A stretch of DNA of 64,000 nucleotides, from the NCBI GenBank assembly GCA_021613535.1, contig CP075497.1, forward strand, positions 11,904,001 to 11,968,000, written 5' to 3'. Source of the DNA: Adineta vaga. Taxonomy: Eukaryota > Animalia > Rotifera. How positions within the stretch are numbered: the first letter of the stretch is position 1; each line of letters begins with the position of its first letter. The notes below the pieces were generated by a model. The model did not search any database, had not been told where the DNA came from, and saw only the letters and a list, made by a program, of their open reading frames with translations. This document shows positions 53,401 through 64,000 of this stretch, one piece after another. A program made the position numbers and the translations under genes.

Positions 53401-56400
53401 AATTCACTTGTATTTCTTAAAATATCTTCATCAGACTAAGAAGATATAATTGAAAACGAAACTATTTCTCGTTTAAATTGATTTTTCTACTTACTCTTAA
53501 TCTTGGTTTTGTTATTTGTGAAACCATTCGATCAAACCATTCAATTGTTCCTGTCTTAAGAACGAAAAAAAAAAAGAAGAAATTTTTTTTAATCTTCTTC
53601 TTCTCTTTCCTTCCGTACTTTAATTATTGATGTTAATTCATATTGAAGATTATTTTGAAACGGACAACAATAATGAAATACTTCCATACTATATAATTTA
53701 CCGATAATTCTTCAAAAAAAGAAAGAAAAAGAATAAATTCATCATTAAATAGGTTTTTTTTTCAAATTACGTTAACAGTTGTTCAAGTTTTTCAATGGCA
53801 ATTTTATTATTAGCTGGAAAGATTTCTCGAATTTTAGTTAATTGATTAAAACAATGATTAAGAAATAATGTAAATGCTTCAGTTAACATATCACTTTCAT
53901 CTCGACTTAATGCTGTAGATTTCCATGTTTGTTCTAATTGAGTTGTAATATTTAATAATAATTTATGTGTTAAAGGACGTTCGAGATGTTTTTTCGAATA
54001 GGAAATCCATCGACACATTGAACGTTGAATATCAGTAATATCACCTTGAATTGCATGTTGATGTAAAATTGTTTCAGCATCACGCGATAATTCTCCTGTC
54101 CAAAGATTTTTTTCACCCTAGAATAAAATTTGATTTTAAAGAAAATAACGGATGTTTTTTTTACCTTGAATTTATTTAATTCATGATCGATAAATATTTG
54201 TAATAGTTCAACATGTTGTTTAATATCTGTCCAATTATCTTCTTCACGTATTCCTCGATCTTCTCGTGTTGTTAATTTTGCACGAATATGAATTTGTCCG
54301 CGAACTTTCGAATTTTCACTTCGACCTTCTAATGAAAACCATTTATCGATTCCCGTCGATGGAATTTCCTTTTAAAACAAAAGATAATTCTTGATAAGCA
54401 AACTTTTTATTTCAACATACACTGATTTTCAGATTAACTGAACCTAAAAAATCATCAATATGTGAACCTTCAGTTGAACAATTTGTTCGTGCTGATTGAG
54501 CAATTTGTTTAAAATATCGATTAAGTCCTTTAAAACCTTGTACTTGATTTAATTTCTTTGCTGCTTCAAACACAGAAAATTCATCATCATGATCCCAAAT
54601 ATCCAAATGAAATGTTTCTGTTTTTCCACTTTCAATATCACTTAACAGAGAAAGTAGAAACATCAAAATCAAATAAAAAATCATTATAACAAACATACAA
54701 ACGAAATTTTTCTATCCAGGTTGGATTTAATGTCGCTTTCTTAACATCAGTTGTTTGAATATATTTTGCAGGAAGTTTATCTTTTAAAACATTATAAGGA
54801 CTTGTACCTGATGTTGATGTTGTCTTTTCACGTCCTTGTGCACGACGAATTGTTGATTTTCGAAAACTTTTCAAACGTTTCATAAAGCCAAGTTTATGAT
54901 CATTTGAAGAATTGACATTCGCTCCTTCTTCATCCGAAGACACGCCACTATTTACTTGTTGTGGAATGACAAATTTACGAATTTCAGGTACAATACCCAA
55001 CATACAATATGGATCGGAAAATCCTAATTTCAAAAGCAGAAAATTTTAAAAAATCAAATTCAAACTCTTAGTTGATTTACCATTTGCATCTTTTGCTTCG
55101 AGATCTTTCGCTTCGACAATTTCAACATTTAAAATCAATATAGGTGGCTAAAAGAAATGATCATTAAAAAAAACAACTATTTGTTCAAAAGAAAAACAAA
55201 CTTTTTCTTCATTAGCTTTGGCCAATAGACGTTGATGATCTTCATTTGATAATCCAAATGCTTCTTGTGCATAAGCATATAAATCATTTTCTCCTACACT
55301 ATATTTCGATGCTGTCGTTCCAATCTTATGTTTAATTGTATATAACGTTTCAATATAAAGTAATTCATATTCATTCTGTGTTAAACCTTGAGGTTTTTCA
55401 CCGAATGTTAATCGATATTCTAACGGACTTTTTTCAATTTCATTTTCTCCCTTTGGATACAAAGACTATTTAGATGATGTCTGGTAAAATATGAATGTTT
55501 TACTTCTTTTTTGATTTTTTGTCGTCGTTGTTCATGTTTTTGTGCAACAGCTTCGAAATTTTCCAAAAATGAATGAACACCTTCATTTTCGAATCTAAAT
55601 TTCATCATAGAAATTCATTGTAAAGAAAAATATATCTACCGTTTCGAAAGTGCTGCAGAAAATTTTGATTCTTGTTGAGGCGATACGAGCATTCAAGAGA
55701 GAAAAACTTTGTTTATACTTCTATTTTATGCGTTAGAACAAGTCAATATATGAAGAAAGAATTCTCTTCTACGTTTTTTTTTCTCTACCATTCGTCAGTT
55801 TTTTTCTCTCTTACATCTCGAAGTATCATAATATAGATATGCTTTTTGCCTGATTACTATTGAAGAGAAAAGAGAAGAAAAAAAAAGGAGTATGTCTCTC
55901 AATAAGAGAACATCAAGTTCTGATGTTCGTCATGATCTTTTTCTTTCTTTTTTATCAAACAGATTTCATGTTAAACTATCGTTTATAAAATTTGAATTGT
56001 ACCGAAAAAGAACGTCACTGAGTTTTTCTGACTAATTTTGATGAAAGTTCATAGAAAATTCTGTTTCATCGTATTTATTTTGTTAGACATTGATGGTTAA
56101 CATCACACATGATCAAGAGGATTTTATAAAGCTTTCAAGTGTGCGTGTGTTTTAGTAACGCCTTCGAGCAATTATATATATTTAGAGAAGTAATTATAGT
56201 GTGAGAGTTAATCTTAATTCCATGAGAAAAAGATGAACAACTCGTTGGAAAACTATGATGATAAATCTATCTGAAGATCAGGCAACGAATGACGTTGTTT
56301 CTTTCTTTCTTTCTCGTATTCCGCTTTAAAACGGAAATGTATTTTTACCCGCCTTTTTTTTCACTCTCTTCAAGAATTATATAACAATCATTTCACTGCT

Positions 56401-58092
56401 TTTTTACAGTTCATCTTTTTCCGTTCGAATGAAAAAAAGGAAACGGATGATGTGTCTTTCCGTAGATGTCTGATTTCTTCTACTTCTTACACCGAATCAT
56501 TTCAAAAAAAGCGCACATTCATAAAAGATTTTTCTTCTCAAGTATATCATCTTGACTTGAGATTTTCTTCAGAAACAAAACGTATCAAAAACACTTAATC
56601 TTATTCCAATGACAAAAGAGAATAAATATTCTATTTTTATCGATTTTAATAAAACAAGATCTCATTGACAATCTTGTGCTATTCTCTTGATTAATAGGAC
56701 TCATTGTGTATTCACATGCTAACATTTGAATTATCTATCATTTATAAATGAATATTTCGAAATTTATTCTCATTTGATGAGAGAAACATGAACATTGAAA
56801 TAACATATTCAATGTTTTATTTTATTTTTCATGATAATTATCATCATGGTTAGAGAATTAACATGTTTTTGTTACTATTTATATAAATTTAATGTGAATA
56901 ATCTTTAGGAACGATAGACTAGACTGTCTAGTCAACTGAATGAGCGAAAATATATATTAAGAAAAAGATAAAAATAGAAACATTTATTAAACCCTCGATT
57001 GAAGGTTCTTTTAAATCAACAAGTAACATCATCAAGTTATTTAAAACAAAATCTTCACACTTTGTTATCTCTCATTAATGGATAAACTAATCAAAAATAT
57101 TGTCGTCAGTTTACAAGAAAAAAACTCCAGTGAAAATGTTAATATAACAAATCAATCTAAAGGAATTTTTTTATACAAATAACACTCAACGTGATTGTAA
57201 ATTAGATAAATCTGACAAAATCTTCATTTGAACATGCAAAGTAAACCTTAGTTGTCTTATTAATTACAACCCAATCTCGATTTTACAGACAATTTAATGA
57301 ATCGAAAACATTTCCGATAGTCAAAATCTATAATTAATGAGTTATTTAAAGATAAAAATAACTTCTCTGATCTCTCAAAATCAATGAATAAATATTTCGA
57401 AAAGAAAGTATATCTTTCGTATCAGTCTTCACTAAAAATAGTCATTGACTCATGAATATCTACTTAATTCAATTCTTAAATAGACTTAAGTCAAAAAGAA
57501 CTTCTTTTAATACATATTTATAATTCTATATGAGAATACAAAACATCTGCTTTTCATTAAAAGTCATAATAATATGTTAATTGATATGATTTAAAACTAA
57601 TTCTTTTACATTTATACTTCACAATTGTTAAGTGCTCTTCGTAAGATTAATAGAAGAGAGCTACTTTTTTTCATGAATAAGAATGAAAAACATGCGAAGA
57701 AAAATGTTGAAAATTATCTACATATGTTAACAAAGAGAGATTAGTCTTTCCACCATCAACATATAAAACTTAACCTCTGGGACTTTTAACTACGCATTTT
57801 GTTCTGTCAAAGATAATTATCTTAATGGAGAAGCCGAAAAAAAGGATATTTTTCAAACTTTAATTCGATCATCAAAGAAGATTTCTTTTTCTGGAAAAAT
57901 TTATTTAGTCAACCGGAGAAAATTTGTCGTTTATTCTTCATTGAATGAACTTTAAGTATCATTTGAAAATCTCAAGACTTGATTAATATATCGATTGATA
58001 TAATGGCATGAACTTTCTAATGATATGTAATTAACTTACTTAGCAACTAAAGCATCAGACCAACGTCGACCACGCATATGGATTCGTTCCAT
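50451..58092 (-). CDS. BAIAP3: BAIAP3 / Munc13-4 family C2-MUN-C2 protein; alternative first exons 55640-55692 and 58040-58092
   Basis: C2[16 protein letters not shown]|[11 protein letters not shown]...[10 protein letters not shown]...[14 protein letters not shown]; MUN region; C2B CDPNG|SDPYVEIQL...[18 protein letters not shown]. Both first exons are 53 nt and phase 2, matching the acceptor of the FENEG exon. Confidence 0.9.
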
Positions 58093-59207
58093 ATATTTAG
58101 ATAGAAAAAAATGTATCGAGTTTTCCAATGAATGTTAATGATAAATGTCAATGACGAGAGATGAGTGTATAAGAACGTGTCTTCTGAATGTCGGTGTTGT
58201 GTCTTATAGTTTGTTCTTCTTCTTCGTCTTCTTTTTCATTGAAATACATTGTCGTTCTTCGTTTTTTTTTGTAGATTGGATGTTTTCTCTTCACGCTTGT
58301 TTGTGAGGATCTTTATCTTTGTTGAGCAACGCTACTTTGCCGTCGTTCTTAACTAAAGAAATGGCGTACTGACTGACAAAACCGACAGCAAGCGGAAAAA
58401 AAGAAAATGAATAACAAATAATGCAAGATTTTTCTGTTGTTATCGTTCAAAATAATATGAAGTTCGAAATTCGAGAGACCTGTTTCTTTTAATCAATTAT
58501 TTATCATTGTTTCCGTTTAAAAGTCTATTGACTTCTCGATGTTTTACAACTGTTTGTTTTTTTTTAATATATTTTGCATTAATTATTGATGATTAAAAAA
58601 CATGTTTGATCATCATTTTCATATTCTCTATTCCGAATAGACAATATGTCAATGATGAAAAATTAACGAGATCGTGAGTAAAATCTGGAACAATTCGATT
58701 ACAAATCTTTCGAACGTGATCTCTTTTTTCCCTCATTGATCAAATAAAATTAGGTTTTATCATCGTTTGTTGATTTTTCGATGAATGTCGGCTTGAAAAT
58801 ATACGAAGAGTCTTACGGAAGTGACTAATTAGTAAGCATGTTTGTCAAAAAGAATGCTTCATTGATAAGAAAAAAAGACACGAAAGCGACATTCTTTGTT
58901 AAGAGTGTGCGCAGTGAAAAAAGAATCTAGCTATTAGCGTTTTCTTTTTTGAATGATCGTAATAATAATTCGGTCAACAGACATGAATGTCAGTGGCGAA
59001 AGAACGAACTTACTACAAATGAAAAAACACATCAATGTTTATATTAGCTGTTAGGAAAACGATTAGTGTTTTTCCATTGGGATTTACACTTGAAGATGAC
59101 GCGTTTTTCTTTTTTCGTTGACAATAGAAAATTTATTTTTGACTCGGATTGATTGATATTTTATTTAAGAAAAATACACGCCATCGAGCGAGAATGAAAC
59201 AAATCTT

Positions 59208-60299
59208 CTAACGCCATTGATAATAATAAACCCAATCGATTTCCATTCGGCGAGGGAAAATATTTTCATCTAAACCTTGTGCACCACCCCTAAACAACGA
59301 TAGAATTCGTTCGAATGATTTTAGACATAAAAAAAACGAATCAATGGATACTTACCAAGAACCACCAACAGCAATATTAAGTAAAACGAAGAATGGTTTA
59401 TCGAATGGCCTAAAAGAAAATTTTAGTTGATTTATAATCATAAATGAAATTACCATGTTGTCCAATCTCCATGTTTATTCCAAATGAAGATTCTTGTTTG
59501 AAATGGATTACCCTCATCACCAACAAACATTTCAATTTTATCAACATTCCAATCAAGTGTATAGATTTTAAAATTTGATGTCGCATCACCAACAATAACG
59601 GAATTACTTGGATGATTACCGAGCATGTGATTATTCGCTTTTGTATGAACTGTTGAATGAATACGTAAAGGATCATAACCAACTTGTTCCATTAAATCAA
59701 TTTCACCGTTATCAGGCCAATAAGCATTACTATATGTTTGTCGTTCGGGTAACTAATTGTTTTGTTAGTATTATTCAAAGAAGTTTTTCTTAAGAAAAGA
59801 GAGACTTACCATCCAAAGAGCAGGCCATAAACCACGACCAGTTGGAAGTAGAGCACGAATTTGTAAACGACCATAGGTCCATTTAGCTTTACTCTTCATA
59901 CGAGCTGATGTAAATCGACGATTATCAAAATTTTCCTATAAAAATAGTTTCGTTTTTATTCTTCCCGAAAAAGAGAATCGTGTCTTCTCAATTTCTTACT
60001 TTACGTGCTTCGATAATCAAACGACCATTTCCACTTCCAGGAAAAAGTTCACAACGAGCATTTTCCTGTCGATTCTGTGTATAATATTGTTCTTCATTAT
60101 TACCTACATTTTCAAATACAAATAACCGTCATCATCATTCATTTCTCTTACCCCAGCCGTGTCCACCTACATCAAATTCCCATTTATTTAAATCAACACC
60201 ACCATTCCAATCGAAATTATCTTCCCAGACACGCACCCATGCTGCTTCACTAAATTTCACGACACACCACACACAAATCAATAATTGATAACTTTTCAT
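59208..60299 (-). CDS. Secreted GH16 beta-1,3-glucanase (laminarinase-like), 6 exons; HGT candidate
   Basis: Signal peptide; WEDNF, GGHGWG|NNEEQYYT, FTSAR, WTYGR.QIRA.LP.GRGLWPALWM|LP, catalytic WPDNGEIDLMEQVG, PFDKPFFVLLNIAVGGSW|GG, MEIDWVYYYQ. Confidence 0.93.
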
Positions 60300-60659
60300 T
60301 TTTGATCTCAATACGAATTGAAAATTGATCCTGATTTTATAGGATGAATTTCAATGAAGAAAAACAATATCAAATCTCATAATACCAATACGATAATTGA
60401 AAATATTTCATCAAAACATTGCACACGTTGAAAAAAATTTGATTTTTTTACGTTTCTTTTCTGTTGATGATCAAGTTTCTTTTTACTAATCATCGTCTCA
60501 ATGAAACTTAGTTTTCTTTTTTAAATAATCTTTGATCTAATCAAATACAAATATACTTTTGAGTCTTCAAATTGCACTTTATAGTCAACCGATTGATTAC
60601 GACTATTCAAATTGATTTCAATCTACTTGAAAATACAATCAATAGACAAGTAGAGGCAT

Positions 60660-60820
60660 TTCGAGGACCGAAATTCGGGGGAGAATAGGGTCTTCGATAT
60701 CTTCAACAAGTTTTTTAAAATCTACAGAAATCTACAGAAATCGTCGAGCGAAAAAAAAATTCCAAAGCTCGGGGGACGTGGTGGCCCCGTCAACTACCTC
60801 CCCCCATCGGAACACCCTTG
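60660..60820. mobile_element. GC-rich island, possible terminal remnant of a DNA transposon/MITE
   Basis: Abrupt GC rise in AT-rich intergenic DNA; internal 10-bp tandem AAATCTACAG x2; right end reads CAAGGGTGTTCCGATGGGGGGAGG on the minus strand. No partner terminus or TSD found. Confidence 0.3.
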
Positions 60821-61407
60821 CGGGCAAGTTGACATTTGGCTGGTAATATGATAGAAAAAGAAACACTTTTTCCATCGTTTATTTCTCAGTTCGATAACTA
60901 TATTAATGATTAATTTCCCTCGAGCTTCAATTAAAAGTTTATCAACATCTGTGTAACCAAAAATGAGAATATTAATTTCGAAACAATTAACATTTGGATA
61001 AAAAAAACATGTTATATTTCTCAATTAATTGAATAGAACCTCTTGAAATCTTGAAAGAAAAATTTCTAACTTAATGACATTTTTTCTCTCGATTCGTTCT
61101 TTTCTATTTCCGCTGATTGTTAATAACATAACACTTGTTATTCATTATCGACAGTCCTCTTGCATACAGAAATGAATTCTTGACGTCGGAAGAAAAACAC
61201 GTCATTCAACTTGTTTTATTAGAACATGCTGATGAGAAAAACTTTCAGCTGTTAAATTCCGTAATCTATTTGATAATTCTCGGAGAGATAAGAATCTTGT
61301 CCTTTTATTGCACTGTTAATTTATTAATGTTATTGTTTTATATGAATTCAGATCAATGATATTTCAAAGAAAATAAATAGAATTAAATCATTTTCGTAAT
61401 TTTCATT

Positions 61408-63286
61408 TTAAAAGACATATTGTCGACGGTTTTGCCGGCGATGTGGTTTAGTTTTATGTTGCATCATCATATGATGACCACCTTGAATTGGTTCACCAGG
61501 AGCTGGACCATTCGGTGGTGGTGGAATACGAAATGCATCAGATGGAATTTTATCGATATTTAAGCTCTAAAAACAATTCAATAGAATGAAAGATTTTGTA
61601 CAAATAAATTTTACTCGATCATGTGCAAAATAATACGAAGGAGGACCAGGACTTGTACAAACATCATCTTCTAATAAATGATCTCCATCAACCCAATACA
61701 TCATATAGAAATTACACATTTCATCATTTCCAGTTGAACCAATTTTCACTGTATGTGATTGAGAATTGAACATAGTACAAACAGCAGCAACACGATCACC
61801 TTGTTTAATAGTTACATCACGTTCAGTTGGATAAAACATTTGAGGTAATTGTGGTGAACGACGACCAATTTCTGTCCATTCTTGATTATCGTCATCACCT
61901 CGGACTCGATATCCCGAATTCACAAGACCTTTATACATTCATTTTATCATATTGGAGAGAAAAAAAACACGAAATTTTCTTACCAAGTTTATGAGCATGA
62001 GTACGAAAAGCAAATGGATGCATGACAATATCTTGTTCAATTTCACAAGCAACTTCGAATACTTCTAAAAGAATCAAAAATTTCTCGGTAAAATCATGAA
62101 AAAAAACCAACAACGTCCATTGATCATGTGCAAAAGCAAAAAGAGAGTAACTATAGGTGAATTTACCTTCAGTGTGCATTTTGACATAACCACCGGTTAA
62201 AAGAAGAAGAACGCCAGCCGTTTTAGGTGTACTACACAAACATATAGACAACGGACAAAATGCAAATAATAACAAAACATATAGACACACACAAAGCAGA
62301 GACATCTTCTGACATCAAATCAGTTACCAAGTGAATGAGGTTCCATATCACCATCAGTTGCTAATAACATTACACCTGCTGTTTTCGGTAATCTTTTACA
62401 AGAGAATAAAACTCCTTAGTTTGCCCCAAATAATAATAATCATAGCGAAAGAAGATTGTTGAAAAAACGAACTCATTTTACTTACGGTTTAGGTGATGTG
62501 GTTAAAATTAAACCTGAACGATCAGTTTCACCAGCTAGAAAAACATAGATTCTAATATAAAGAAAAACTATTCTTTGAAAATAAATTACCTTCAAATTTT
62601 TCCATATTGGCATAATGAACTTGTAAAACAAGATATTTGACTGATGTTGATCCACCAACTTTGAAAGCAACATCTAGAGAGAAAAAATAACACATCAATT
62701 CATTTTCCTAAAGAGAAATTTCATACCTTTTGGTAATTCAGTTTTGTCAGCATCTAAAGCCCATGCATAAACAATTGTTGAGCCTGATTTACATGTTGGT
62801 CCTGTTTCATAACGTTGTTTGGAATGACCATTTGAATGAGACATTTCACCACAATTCCTAATAGAAAAAAACTAATTTTCAATACTTTTCAATGCTTTAG
62901 TTGATATTCTACCAGATTTTTTCATCACTGCCTGGTTCTGTACATCCAAAAAGTAAAATATGATGTGCATCTTTTGATGTTGCTGACGGATTAAAAGCCG
63001 CTAAATAATTCAACAACAACAAAAAAAAACAATATTTAATCAACTTAAAAATCAATACGAACTTATATAAGTCGGTTGATTTTCATCCATTGTATATGCT
63101 GTACATAAATAATCGTCAACCTAAAAGATTTGTCTCGAATTACTTGTAATGCCATACAAAAAATTAACTTACATGTTCAGCACGAGCATCAGGCATAAGG
63201 ATATTCAATGTATTTGCTGTGTCTTCGGCTGTTATCAATAAAATTAGTGAGGACAAACTAATGATGATGGATAAAAGATTAGCCAT
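61408..63286 (-). CDS. PHM: Monofunctional peptidylglycine alpha-hydroxylating monooxygenase with two mutually exclusive exons
   Basis: Signal peptide; DDYLCT; AHHILLFGC (CuH); YAWALDA; LQVHYA; FAFRTHAHKLG (CuM); GRRSPQLPQMFYP; DEMCNFYMMY; no PAL domain before the stop at 61408. Confidence 0.95.
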
Positions 63287-64000
63287 TTTTAACTCTTAAA
63301 CGAAGAAGAAGAAGAAAAAACAATCAAATGAGAAGAGTATTTTTAAACAAAACAAAACAAGAAAATATGAGTAATGCGCCACCATCAATCGAGTACTTCC
63401 AGAACGATCCTCATCAACATCATGGTTATTTCCCATTCGATAATAATTCCATTGCACTAGTATCGTGTTCCACTATAGTTGTCGTTACAAACACATCGTC
63501 GAAAGAAAAAGAACAGAAAAAATAGCTCGAAGCCAATTATTTCCTTTTTTTGTATAGTTGTCCTCAAAAGATAAAACTTAGATAAACTTTTCTTCTCATG
63601 TATTGTATCCATATCTATTCAATATAAGTAATTAAAGGCGAAGGACTAAGTACAATTAGTTTTCCATCAATTAGATATTTAGTAAAATAAATCGCATGTT
63701 GGTGAATCGTTTTTCAAAAGATTTAATTAAAAACTAGTAAATACATATAATATTTTTTTATAAAAAACCGTTTACCTACAATGGAAGTTTATTATTTTGA
63801 ATTTTTATCTATTTATCCCCAAGTATTGAACGTTAATATTCGGCCAATTAATAATAACAAAAGTAAAAGTTGTTTCAATAGAAATAGATTTACTTCAGTC
63901 ATTAGTAGTCAATCAGTATGTATATATTCATTGAATAAATTTGATTCTCAATGTCTTTTCCTCCCTTGAATAAATAATAAAACAAAATGTCAAAATTATG

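Noticed and set aside
61931-62305. ORF with a signal-peptide-like start suggesting an internal secreted isoform
   Set aside because: Read-through of T-rich intron sequence around the mutually exclusive PHM exon.

Overview
AT-rich, gene-dense eukaryotic genomic DNA with many short (~45-70 nt) GT-AG introns. Composition, intron size, an orphan class-A GPCR and bacterial-type genes among metazoan genes suggest a bdelloid rotifer (inference). About 27 protein-coding loci were reconstructed by hand-splicing: ZC2HC1A, an MKP-type DUSP, PACRGL, an RBIS-like micro-gene absent from the ORF track, RIPOR/FAM65, three tandem PH-SH2 adaptor paralogs, G3BP, a frameshifted GPCR, RABEPK, GOLGA7, an RGS12/loco-like locus, PTPN1/2, TTC5, RAB2, an ARMC4/ODAD2-like gene, a DUF5662-like HD protein, BAIAP3/Munc13-4, a GH16 glucanase and PHM. 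There is also one solitary 5S rRNA gene. Highlights: (1) the RGS12-like locus has about 9 alternative 5' coding modules, all ending in phase 0, upstream of one constant Ras-binding-domain cassette; the RGS domain is absent, and a truncated antisense nested gene carrying an 8-bp duplication sits at the junction; (2) PHM has two mutually exclusive 65-nt exons; (3) two horizontal-transfer candidates are present (intronless DUF5662-like gene; intron-containing bacterial-type GH16); (4) some same-strand gene pairs are 57-140 nt apart with acceptor-like AGs just before the downstream ATG, suggesting SL-trans-spliced operons. Family assignments come from motif recognition, not database searches.
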